DNA of 64,000 bases from Verrucomicrobiales bacterium (GTDB taxonomy: Bacteria; Verrucomicrobiota; Verrucomicrobiia; Verrucomicrobiales; Akkermansiaceae): positions 16,270-80,269 of the forward strand of contig JBBSUD010000002.1 of assembly GCA_038235225.1 (NCBI GenBank), given 5' to 3'. Shown here piece after piece: positions 55,288-64,000 of this stretch; position 1 is the stretch's first letter; each line of letters starts with the position of its first letter. A model generated the notes under the pieces. It was not told the origin of the DNA, did no database searches, and saw nothing but the letters and a program-made list of their open reading frames with translations. The position numbers and the translations under genes were made by a program.

Positions 55288-56280
55288 CTAGGGTTTCGTG
55301 ACGATACCGAGTCCTTGCGACAGTTTCGTCTTTGAAGACTGCGACGGAGGCGGCACCACCACGTCCGCTTCATTCACTCCGTAGATTTCGGCGACGTTCC
55401 AATCCTTCGAAAGTTCCTTGAACATCGGAGCACGCCGTTGCCGGAATTCCCGCGCATGGACGCGGGAGTTTCGGAGTTGTTCCATGTTGAGATCGGCAAC
55501 GATGTAGCCTTCTTTCGCTTCGGTGAGCTGCTGTTTCACCCCCTGCGGCCACTCGGCAATCATCGTCCCGGTGCCCACCGCTTTGTTCGATGTGACCATG
55601 TGGACATAGTTCTGATGCACGTTGGCCCGGACGATGTAGTCCTCCACCGTCCCTTGACGGGCATTCGGCCAGACAATGATTTCCGCGCCCTTGAGGCTGA
55701 GCAGTCGGAACATTTCAGGGAAATAGCCATCATAACAGGTGAGCACGCCTACCTTGCCGAAGTCGAGATCGAAGACCGGGCAATCCTCCCCTGGAGTCAT
55801 CATCCACTCCGGATCGTCCGCCACCGGAGGCCACGAATACGGCGCGCCTCCCACGGCTTGATAGGCTTTGAAATATCGTCCAACAATTTCCCCCTCACGA
55901 TCAAAAATCAACGTGGAGTTTCCATAGTTGCCCTGGTCGTCGGTCACCTCGAAGCAACCAACCATGACATACAAATGATTGCGCTTGGCGGCGGCGGCGA
56001 TTGCGTCGGTCTGCGGGCTGGGCACTCGGAACATCCCTAGATAAAGTTCGGGAAACACCACCAGGTCTGCCTTATCCTTTCCGGCCCGGTCGATGTAGGG
56101 AACGATGGCGGTGGCGGGATCTGTGGCGGCGGTTGGCGGCACCCTCCATTGCCAAGGACCGGTGATTTGCACGGCGGCCACGCGGACGCTCTTGTGCGCA
56201 AGCTGACCTGCGGTGATCCGCGGGACTTCCTGCGCGGCAGCTAAACAGAAAGAGAACAGGAGAACTGACAGCGATTTCAT
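55288..56280 (-). CDS. Carbon-nitrogen hydrolase (nitrilase superfamily) with signal peptide
   Basis: Catalytic E-K-C: VFPELY, YFK and TCYDGYFPE; GAEIIVWP; N-terminal MKSLSVLLFSFCLAAA. Confidence 0.9.
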   Translation of the reverse strand: MKSLSVLLFSFCLAAAQEVPRITAGQLAHKSVRVAAVQITGPWQWRVPPTAATDPATAIVPYIDRAGKDKADLVVFPELYLGMFRVPSPQTDAIAAAAKRNHLYVMVGCFEVTDDQGNYGNSTLIFDREGEIVGRYFKAYQAVGGAPYSWPPVADDPEWMMTPGEDCPVFDLDFGKVGVLTCYDGYFPEMFRLLSLKGAEIIVWPNARQGTVEDYIVRANVHQNYVHMVTSNKAVGTGTMIAEWPQGVKQQLTEAKEGYIVADLNMEQLRNSRVHAREFRQRRAPMFKELSKDWNVAEIYGVNEADVVVPPPSQSSKTKLSQGLGIVTKP

Positions 56281-58187
56281 GGTTTTAGAACGATTCCTTG
56301 GTTGTCTATCATGGTAGGCTTGGACGCCGCCGTTCCGGCTTCTACGTCAAGTTCTCGGACTTGCTCGTTGCCCTCGAAGCGATTGCCTTCCAGCACGATG
56401 TTTCGTCCCGAATTGAATGCAAATGATGCGAGGTCAGGCTGATAGGGCTCGGCGAAATCGGTCATGCGGATCCGGTTGTTACGGATGATTAGTCCGTCAA
56501 TCGCCTGACCTTCGACAATTTTCCCATGATAGGTCTCGATGAGATTGTCCTCGAACACGATACCTCCGTGATAGAGCGCGTCCGGGAACCGTTTCGCATC
56601 GACTTCCGCAGACATCCGTAGGACCGGCCCGGCGTTGTTGCGGAAGGTGTTTCCGCGAATCACGGCGTCGCGCGTGGGACCGGATTCCCACCAGAAGCCG
56701 TTGTCGCCTTCCATCTGGATGCCGGCCATCGAGGAGTGCTCGAAGGTGTTGCCCTCAACCAGCACCTTGCCCGAGGTGGCGATCAGCATGGTTCGCGCGC
56801 GATTGTTGCGGACAACGCTGTTGCGAAAGGTTAGGTCGGCCTGCCAAGAGAGATTGTAGAGTCCGGAGCCATCTCGCACGCCTCCTTCCGGCAAATGGTC
56901 GAGCGTCACCTCGAAACGGTCGGAATTCAGCTCGCGAGTGGAGACCACTTTGGCATCGGCATAACCTTGGAGATCGGCGCTGGTCACAAATCGGACGACG
57001 TCACCGGCATCCATGACCACCAGTCCACGTTGCTGGCTGTGGACCCGCTGGCAGACGAGCGTGTTGTTTGCCGTTGTTTTCTCGATCCTGACGAAACAGC
57101 CGTGAACATTGGTGGCATCGTCCAACATGTTTTCGAACAGACAGTCCTCGATGAGAATTCTGCCTTGGCAACCGTTGAAATGGGTGGCATCCGCGGTGGT
57201 CGTCACGTAGCGGTCCTTCCCTTCCGGCAGCGTCACCTTGAACCGCCGCAATGTGAAATCCTCAGAGCGCTGGGCGATCAGCCCCATGCCGCCAGCGTGG
57301 TGGATGGCCACATCCTCGAGCGCGACATTGGAGCAACCGGAAATCCGGATTGCCGGCGAGGTCCGGTTCGGGTCTTTCATTCCGCTCACCACCAGCACCA
57401 TGCCGGGATCGGGCATGACCTTGACGGCGTCGAAAATGCGAATCAGGTGCGGCCCCAACTCGGCGACGCGCGGATCCGGTTCCAGTCCCAGCAGGTGCTC
57501 GCCGGGCACCGGGTGGCGGGTGCCTCCCTGGAACCACATGTTCCATTGCAGGTTGTGCTCCCACGCGATCGTCGCCGTGACAGGTGGTGCCCATTCCTTC
57601 CAAGTATTTGCTGATGGACTCGGTTTCTCGCGGAAAATCAGCCGCTCCCCGCGCATCTCGTAACACACTTCGGGATGCAGCTTGAGATCGAAGGCTTTCA
57701 GATCCGGATGCACCGCTTCCACCGTCCCTTGCAGACTGAAGGGCCGCGCCCAGTCGATGCTGAAACCTTTCAGCGTTAGATTCTTCGTATTCTCGGCGCT
57801 GATCGGCACCAGCGACCCGTGACAAACGAAATGCGCGCCTTCCGCCGCCAGCGTGAAGCCGTCGAAGCCATCGATGGGAAAAATCACCCGCTTGATGCCG
57901 GAGTCATTGTTGGCCACCGCCAGATTCTGCTCGAAAGCGTAATCCGGGAATAGTTGCCATTCGCCGGCGGGGATTGTCAGGCCCTCGGATTTTTGTTCCC
58001 GGCAGGCTTCCATCGCCCGCCTTAGGGCCGGAGTCGCATCCGCGCCGGCTTTCAAATCGCCGAGGCCGAAATCCGCGGCATTCAACATTTCCCCGGCGGC
58101 CGCGGATTGGATCATCCAGATGCCCGTGAGAAAAACGATGTGTGCCGCGCGATCGCAGGTCAGCCGTTTGGATTTGCAATTCATCAT
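56277..58187 (-). CDS. GH110 alpha-1,3-galactosidase-like parallel beta-helix protein
   Basis: DFG..DAT.ALRRA, NND...KR, GMGLIAQRSE, TADATHF..C.G.I.IE.C.FENM.DD.TNVHG and NRAR..L..T.GKVL.EGN.F. Confidence 0.8.
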   Translation of the reverse strand: MMNCKSKRLTCDRAAHIVFLTGIWMIQSAAAGEMLNAADFGLGDLKAGADATPALRRAMEACREQKSEGLTIPAGEWQLFPDYAFEQNLAVANNDSGIKRVIFPIDGFDGFTLAAEGAHFVCHGSLVPISAENTKNLTLKGFSIDWARPFSLQGTVEAVHPDLKAFDLKLHPEVCYEMRGERLIFREKPSPSANTWKEWAPPVTATIAWEHNLQWNMWFQGGTRHPVPGEHLLGLEPDPRVAELGPHLIRIFDAVKVMPDPGMVLVVSGMKDPNRTSPAIRISGCSNVALEDVAIHHAGGMGLIAQRSEDFTLRRFKVTLPEGKDRYVTTTADATHFNGCQGRILIEDCLFENMLDDATNVHGCFVRIEKTTANNTLVCQRVHSQQRGLVVMDAGDVVRFVTSADLQGYADAKVVSTRELNSDRFEVTLDHLPEGGVRDGSGLYNLSWQADLTFRNSVVRNNRARTMLIATSGKVLVEGNTFEHSSMAGIQMEGDNGFWWESGPTRDAVIRGNTFRNNAGPVLRMSAEVDAKRFPDALYHGGIVFEDNLIETYHGKIVEGQAIDGLIIRNNRIRMTDFAEPYQPDLASFAFNSGRNIVLEGNRFEGNEQVRELDVEAGTAASKPTMIDNQGIVLKP

Positions 58188-58263
58188 GGATGGGTCGGGC
58201 GAATCAAAGCTTGGGTGGAACCGATTTTGCAAAGGGTAACTTTCCTCCGGGTCCCGGCTGACG

Positions 58264-58310
58264 AATCTCGAACAATCCTCCGCAGCTCTCGGAAATCTCG
58301 CGCAATCTTC
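58264..58310. promoter_or_regulatory. Tandem 17-bp direct repeat with 30-bp period in a divergent promoter region
   Basis: AATCTCGAACAATCCTC (58264) and AATCTCGCGCAATCTTC (58294); 14/17 identical. Confidence 0.5.
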
Positions 58311-58445
58311 AGTCTGTCAGCAAGTTGGCGATTCCAGCGACAACCCAATCATCCGTTGGGATGGGTCCGTGCGGTGCTCCCACGCTACCAAATGGTGGAT
58401 GCTCATTATAGCCGCCAGCGCGGGCATCCGCCACAGTTGCATGGT

Positions 58446-59396
58446 ATGCAATCCATCAAAACGCTTCTTCCCGCGGTCGCCTCGCTGCCTGTGTTCCTAA
58501 TTTCGCAAGGACAGGCCGCGTTGATTTTCCAGGACACCTACAACACCACCGCGGACTCGCTCGACAGCAGGTTCGAGCGCGGTGCGCCTTCCCCGCGCCA
58601 GACGTTTGGCGCGAACTCGAACGTCCCCGCCGGCACCCAGACTTCCGGCATCGGCGTTCTGACGCCGACCTACACTCCGAACCAGGCTGGCGACTATCAC
58701 GACCAAATCAGAAACGGCCAGCTTGTGCTGACCGGCGATGCGGCCGTGCCAATCAACGCGACAAATACCCAAGGCATCGCCACCTTGTCGCCGTTCTATA
58801 ACTTCAACAACCTCGACACACTCGGAAATGCCGTCGCCACGCGGGTTTCCTTCACCCTTGATGTCTTCAGCAACTCGCCGGGAGCCGGCACCGATTCCTA
58901 TTCGCAAGCTTCATTTACGGTCGGGTCGCTTGGCAGCAATGGCTTCAACGGTCGGGCGGAATCCGGCACCGCCGCCGCCGGCTTCAGCGTGCGGTTTGTG
59001 GAAGACCGCTTCGGCGCGGGCCAGTTCGGGAGCTTCATTCAGTTCTATGACGGAGCGAATTTGCTACAGAACGTGATCGCCAATCCTGCAGGATTCGGCG
59101 CGATGACTGTGGAACTCTTCATCACCGATCCCGTCGATGGCAATCCATGGGATGGCGTGGGCGGCGGAACCACGATCAACGTCAGCGTCAACGGCACCGC
59201 GGTGGGCGCTCCCTTCACCAAGTTGGGAACCGGCTACACCGAAAATTTCATGACGATGGAAGGCAGCGCCAACACCGTCGGGTTTCTGGCGGCCGAGCAT
59301 AGCTTCGACAACCTTCAGGTATTTTCGGTCCCCGAGCCAACCGCCGCGTTGCTTGGCAGCATTGGCCTGCTGGGCCTGCTACGCCGCCGCCGCTGA
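58446..59396 (+). CDS. PEP-CTERM sorting domain protein
   Basis: Signal peptide and C-terminal VPEPTAALLGSIGLLGLLRRRR. Confidence 0.93.
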   Translation: MQSIKTLLPAVASLPVFLISQGQAALIFQDTYNTTADSLDSRFERGAPSPRQTFGANSNVPAGTQTSGIGVLTPTYTPNQAGDYHDQIRNGQLVLTGDAAVPINATNTQGIATLSPFYNFNNLDTLGNAVATRVSFTLDVFSNSPGAGTDSYSQASFTVGSLGSNGFNGRAESGTAAAGFSVRFVEDRFGAGQFGSFIQFYDGANLLQNVIANPAGFGAMTVELFITDPVDGNPWDGVGGGTTINVSVNGTAVGAPFTKLGTGYTENFMTMEGSANTVGFLAAEHSFDNLQVFSVPEPTAALLGSIGLLGLLRRRR

Positions 59397-59427
59397 TCGC
59401 CGGAAAACCAAACCCATAGAGCCGACC

Positions 59428-61314
59428 ATGAAATCCAAATTCCATCTCGCCTGCTTCTCGTTCACCTGTCTTGCCACCGCATCCGCCGTCCCCATCCAAT
59501 GGATCGGTGAAGCGGGCGGAGACTTTTTCGACCCATTCAACTGGTCCGACGAAATCGGCCCGGATCCCGACGGCGATCCGGCGACCGCCTACGAGGGCGA
59601 TATCTTGTTCTCGAACAGCAGCGCGACCGCCGCGCAGAATCTTCTGCTCGGCACGGGATTCAACATGACGGTGACGAACAGCACTTTGGATTTCACCGGC
59701 TTCACAATCCAAGGGGTTCAGAACGCCGCTACGGATGCATCAATCCAGCTTAATAAAACCACTCTGACGGTAAACTCGGTGGCGAACGACGTGATGCTCA
59801 ACCTCACGAACCGCAGCGAGCTGAGACTCTTCGGAGTGAACAATTCGATCAACGGCAACAACACCCCGACCAATAACACGCGGGTATTGCTGGGGGACGG
59901 TTCCAAGATCACCCACATCAATGGGAACAACGGTAACGCCGGCACCGGAGCAACCGTCGGCCAGCGGATTTTCCGCGCTGCCAGCGGCATTTCCTTTGAA
60001 AGCGATTTCGCGTCCCCGCCCCTGACGGAGTTCATTATCAGCGGCGACAGCACGCCATTCACAGCGCCAAACGGCGGCAGCTCCACGATCACCGCGGTCG
60101 ATCCGGCACCGTCCGTACCCGTGCCGGAAATCATCATCGGCTATCGGCTGGTGCCGCCGGAACAGAACCAGCCGGTGTGGTATCCGACCTACCGGACGGC
60201 GACTGATTGGCAGATTAATTTGGACATTCCACAGATCGCCCGCTTCGGGTTCGCCGGCATCACGGACGCATATCTAGCCGACCTCAATGGCGACGGCTTG
60301 AGCGACAAGGTTATGCGCCAGACCGCCAACAACGGCGGCACGAATCCCTCCCAAGTCATCGCTTCCTATACGACCGCGCCGCCCGACGGATTTGCCACGA
60401 GCACCAATTTCAATCCGCCCGCCGGGGATCTCCAAGTTCCGTTTCTGCTGCTGAGCGCGGCGGATACGAAACTCATCTTCGGAGATCTGGATAAAGACAA
60501 GATCGACGATTCCGGAGTGACGGTGGATGGCAGCAAGGTTGGCGGCGCCGCCGGGCAACTAACTTGGGGAATGTATAAATCGGCCGGAATCGCTGGCATT
60601 TCCAAAGACCAGGGCGCCAATGCGAATTTCACCGGCTGGAACGTTTTCGGCGACCTCGCTCTGGGTGATTTGGGTTATCTGGGAGATTTCAATGGAGACG
60701 GCGTCGCGGACCGGATGATTTATCGCGTCTCGACGCGGCAGGTATTCATCGACTTGAGCGTAGCCGGCAATTTCGGCGATGGAATGGCCGACTACAGCCC
60801 GATTCCCTTGGGCGTCGCCGGGGACGCCATTTATGTCTCGGACATCAACGGCGACGGTAAGGACGATCTGGTCGTCGCCCGCGATACCAGCCAATCGCCG
60901 CCGCCCAACAACACTCCGGGCCTGCAAACTCTTTACGGCTACTACAATGATGGTAGCGGCTTCAGCGCGCTGGTGGAATCAGCGCCGGACATCACCGATT
61001 TGTGGGGCGCGGGCGAGGGGCTGTTGTTCGGAAACATCGTCCCGCTGCCGGAGAATACGGCAGGTTTCAAAATCACGCAGATCGGTTCCGCCGGCCCGGA
61101 AATGGCATTCTCCGGCACGTTCCAGGCAATCCGCGCCGGCACCTATCGAGTTGAAGCTAGCCTGAATCTGCAATCTCCTTGGCAAGTCATGGAAACCTTG
61201 TCCATCGCCTCCCCTGGTCCCGCATCCTTCTCGATTTCCGATTCGCAATTGGATACCGCGTTCGGTCCCGCCACCCGGGCGAAGGTGTTCGTCCGGATCT
61301 CGCTGCTTCCATGA
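59428..61314 (+). CDS. Secreted FG-GAP/VCBS-repeat protein
   Basis: Repeats ADLNGDGLSD, GDLDKDKIDD, GDFNGDGVAD and SDINGDGKDDLVV, plus a signal peptide. Confidence 0.85.
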   Translation: MKSKFHLACFSFTCLATASAVPIQWIGEAGGDFFDPFNWSDEIGPDPDGDPATAYEGDILFSNSSATAAQNLLLGTGFNMTVTNSTLDFTGFTIQGVQNAATDASIQLNKTTLTVNSVANDVMLNLTNRSELRLFGVNNSINGNNTPTNNTRVLLGDGSKITHINGNNGNAGTGATVGQRIFRAASGISFESDFASPPLTEFIISGDSTPFTAPNGGSSTITAVDPAPSVPVPEIIIGYRLVPPEQNQPVWYPTYRTATDWQINLDIPQIARFGFAGITDAYLADLNGDGLSDKVMRQTANNGGTNPSQVIASYTTAPPDGFATSTNFNPPAGDLQVPFLLLSAADTKLIFGDLDKDKIDDSGVTVDGSKVGGAAGQLTWGMYKSAGIAGISKDQGANANFTGWNVFGDLALGDLGYLGDFNGDGVADRMIYRVSTRQVFIDLSVAGNFGDGMADYSPIPLGVAGDAIYVSDINGDGKDDLVVARDTSQSPPPNNTPGLQTLYGYYNDGSGFSALVESAPDITDLWGAGEGLLFGNIVPLPENTAGFKITQIGSAGPEMAFSGTFQAIRAGTYRVEASLNLQSPWQVMETLSIASPGPASFSISDSQLDTAFGPATRAKVFVRISLLP

Positions 61315-62990
61315 GTTTTCGGAAATCGCGCCTGTTTGCAGCTCTGATCCTCGGTCTGCTACCGATGGCGCAAGCCACGGTGGCGGGCGAACCGCCGAAG
61401 ATCTGGCTGAATCATTTCCAACTCGGCATGCTGGCCACGGCGGCCGATGCGGATTGGCCGGAAACCCGGAGCGGGCTGGATACCGCATTTTTCGCGATCA
61501 ACACGCTATGGCCGATGAAGCGGCCGATGCGGCTCAGCATCGCTCCCGCAAAAGCCGCCGCCGCCGCAGCGAAGCTGCACCGGGAGGGCATCCACATCGG
61601 CGTGGAATGCGGCTATTTCGACCACTCGGAAACGCTGAGGACGCTTGAAGATCCGGCATCGGATGTGATCGCCTCCGCCTCGCCCGCTGTCATTTCCGCA
61701 GGCGTCGGCGAGCGCACGGCCCGGGTTGAAATCGCCAAGATGCGTTCGTGGTGGCAAGCCGGACAGACGCCGGACTATCTGGTGCTCGACGACCCGATAC
61801 GCCGTCTAACGGTGCCGGGCCAGGACAGTCCCGGCCAGATCTTGCAAGGCATGCCGGACTACGAATCGGCGTCGCGTGAGGTCACCGCCTACATGCGCGT
61901 GATGCGGGCGAAATTTCCCGCCGTGAAATTCGTGGTCATCCTGAATTTCCCCAACTGGGGATGGAAGGGCGCGCCGGCGTTCTCCGTGGCGCCGGGCCGC
62001 ATGACCCCGATGAACTGGGGCGACGCGCATGCCGCGATGGAAATCCTGTTCTCGACCCTCGCGAGAAACGACCTGCGCATCGATGCCATCCAAGGAGATT
62101 TCCCGTGGCGCTATTTCGCCGAACCGCCGTCCGATGCCATCGCCGCGACCGTGGACTGGCCGGGACGCATCCTCGAACTGGAGCACTACGCCCGCGACAA
62201 GGGGGTGCGCTTCCAACTGACGGCCAATTCCGAGGCGGGCTACACTTCGGCTAAGGCCTTCGCCGACGATTCGCTGAAATACCTCGACGCCTATCTGGCA
62301 GTTGGCGGCAAGCCGGACCGCTTCGTCGTGCAGTCGTGGTATCCCCACCCGCAGGAACTTCTTCCCGAAAGCACGCCCTACACTGGCACCTGGCTGGCCG
62401 CGCGATTCGTCCGCCGCCTGCGCGAAATCCAAGCCGGCACACCCGTCGCCGCGGGTCCGCGGGTGCCCCGGCCGTTCGACCGGTCCGAGCCGGAAGCCTT
62501 GCTGCAATTGCTCCAGATACTCGCGCCGGATGAGTGGAAATCGCTCGCGCCGGCGATTTTCTCAAACTGGCTAGACCGCCAGGAGGACCCTCCGGCATCC
62601 CTCGCCAGCGGGGAATTGCTCGCCCTGCGCGCCGCGGTGGCGAAGGCCGCCGATGGCAAACCAAAAGCGACCATCGTCCTGCGCAACCGCTCGGCGGACG
62701 TCGCGACGGGCCTCCCGCCGCTGCCGCTGAAGCCGGGTCCCGGCCAAATTTGCATCGTGGAAGTGATCGGCGCGGCATCGGAATCCACGCTCGCGTCGGC
62801 GTGGATGGAAGGCTCGAAAAGCGATCCCACGCCGCTCGTTTGGATTTCACCCGGCGGCTCCCGGCTGCTGGCGGTGGCGCTGGATTTATCGTCCGCGAAG
62901 AATGGCGTCGTGATTTTGTGCGTTGGCAAGCCGGGCGGATTTTATCGAAAAGTGGCGGTGATGGTGAAACCGGCGGACGCTCTGCCATGA
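61311..62990 (+). CDS. Hypothetical secreted protein (possible TIM-barrel glycoside hydrolase-like)
   Basis: Signal peptide, ATGA overlaps on both sides, and YLVLDDP / [10 protein letters not shown] motifs. Confidence 0.65.
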   Translation: MSFRKSRLFAALILGLLPMAQATVAGEPPKIWLNHFQLGMLATAADADWPETRSGLDTAFFAINTLWPMKRPMRLSIAPAKAAAAAAKLHREGIHIGVECGYFDHSETLRTLEDPASDVIASASPAVISAGVGERTARVEIAKMRSWWQAGQTPDYLVLDDPIRRLTVPGQDSPGQILQGMPDYESASREVTAYMRVMRAKFPAVKFVVILNFPNWGWKGAPAFSVAPGRMTPMNWGDAHAAMEILFSTLARNDLRIDAIQGDFPWRYFAEPPSDAIAATVDWPGRILELEHYARDKGVRFQLTANSEAGYTSAKAFADDSLKYLDAYLAVGGKPDRFVVQSWYPHPQELLPESTPYTGTWLAARFVRRLREIQAGTPVAAGPRVPRPFDRSEPEALLQLLQILAPDEWKSLAPAIFSNWLDRQEDPPASLASGELLALRAAVAKAADGKPKATIVLRNRSADVATGLPPLPLKPGPGQICIVEVIGAASESTLASAWMEGSKSDPTPLVWISPGGSRLLAVALDLSSAKNGVVILCVGKPGGFYRKVAVMVKPADALP

Positions 62991-64000
62991 ATTTCCTCCT
63001 GCCCGCCTTCCTTGCAGCGGTGGCTTTCAGCGGTCCGGCGCGCGCGGGGGAATCACCGGCTACGGACGTCCGGCCTAACATCCTGATCGCCGTGGCGGAC
63101 GACTGGTCCGCCGGCCACTCCGGCGCGGAAGGTTGCCGGTGGGTGAGCACGCCCGCCTTCGACCGCGTCGCCCGGGACGGCATTCTTTTCAAGCGCGCCT
63201 ACACGCCGGATGCGAAGTGCTCGCCCTCCCGCGCGGCGATGCTGACGGGGCGAAACCCGTGGCAGCTCGGCGCGGCGGCGAATCACAACTGCATCTTCCC
63301 CCCGGAGTTCGGGACCTACCCGGAAGCACTGGGGAAAGGCGGATATTTCGTAGGCATGACTGGGAAAGGCTGGGCTCCCGGCATCGCACTCGATGCCGCC
63401 GGCCGGCCGCGGCTCATGACGGGCGCTCCGTTTGGTAAACACACCTTGAAGCCGCCCACCACCGGCATTCTCCCGAACGACTACGCGGCGAATTTCGCGG
63501 ATTTCATCAAAGCCGCGCCCCCCGGCCGACCGTGGTGCTTCTGGTATGGATCCTTCGAGCCCCACCGGGATTATGAGGCCGGTTCCGGGCAGACCGGAGG
63601 CGGCAGGAAAACGACGGATATCGACCGCGTTCCGGGTTGCTGGCCGGACAACGAAATCGTGCGGGGCGACATGCTCGACTACGGATTCGAGGTCGAACAT
63701 TTCGACCGCCACCTCGGACGCATGCTCGACCTGCTGGCGAAATCCGGGCAACTGGCGAACACGCTGGTGATCGTTACTTCCGATAACGGCATGCCATTTC
63801 CCGCCGCCAAAGGGCAGACCTACGAACACGCGAACCATATCCCGCTCGCGGCAAGCTGGCCCCGCGGGATTGCGAAATCCGGCAGAAAAGTGGACGCGCT
63901 CGTCAGCCTGATCGATCTCGCACCGACCATTCTCGAGCTGGCCGGACTGAAGCCCGGTGATTGCGAAATGGCTCCCGTCACCGGCCGCAGCCTTACCGAT
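62987..64000 (+). CDS. Sulfatase (3'-truncated by window edge)
   Basis: [23 protein letters not shown], formylglycine motif [27 protein letters not shown] and LIDLAPT. Confidence 0.95.
   Translation, partial: MNFLLPAFLAAVAFSGPARAGESPATDVRPNILIAVADDWSAGHSGAEGCRWVSTPAFDRVARDGILFKRAYTPDAKCSPSRAAMLTGRNPWQLGAAANHNCIFPPEFGTYPEALGKGGYFVGMTGKGWAPGIALDAAGRPRLMTGAPFGKHTLKPPTTGILPNDYAANFADFIKAAPPGRPWCFWYGSFEPHRDYEAGSGQTGGGRKTTDIDRVPGCWPDNEIVRGDMLDYGFEVEHFDRHLGRMLDLLAKSGQLANTLVIVTSDNGMPFPAAKGQTYEHANHIPLAASWPRGIAKSGRKVDALVSLIDLAPTILELAGLKPGDCEMAPVTGRSLTD

Noticed and set aside
26713-64000. Second copy of the tRNA-Ser 3' end (attR) or an integrase gene
   Set aside because: I found no repeat of TCAAATCCCACCCTCTCCGCCA and no tyrosine or serine recombinase by eye, so the island boundaries remain inferred.

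Overview
GC-rich bacterial chromosome segment, most likely Verrucomicrobiota (Luteolibacter/Verrucomicrobiaceae-like), inferred from a PEP-CTERM protein, a Verru_Chthon-A-like gene, DUF1552, a sulfatase and an ECF sigma factor with a long C-terminal extension. The left part (1-26.7 kb) is mostly core genes: recQ, lepA, pepA, mntR, trpF, tatD, an ECF operon, purU, tRNA-Val(GAC) and tRNA-Ser(CGA). It also holds a RAYT transposase, REP/REPIN-like repeats, a triple-frameshifted ECF gene and a BlaI regulator fused to a histone-H1-like tail. Downstream of tRNA-Ser lies an apparent island remnant: a degraded LysR, an intact IS (12-bp TIR, 6-bp TSD) and a tightly coupled 10-gene minus-strand operon (arsM - pstSCAB-like - arsS - DUF547 - fused TIGR04282/TIGR04283 glycosyltransferase - TVP38/DedA - MerA-like flavoprotein). 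This looks like an organoarsenic (arsenosugar) biosynthesis system with its own altered Pst-type transporter and is the strongest candidate for an undescribed system. After tRNA-Leu(TAG), a divergent catabolic locus (AraC, two CehA/McbA hydrolases, secreted nitrilase, GH110, PEP-CTERM, FG-GAP protein, unknown protein, sulfatase) runs to the window end. No CRISPR array or rRNA was seen. All family assignments are by motif recognition; no database searches were run.
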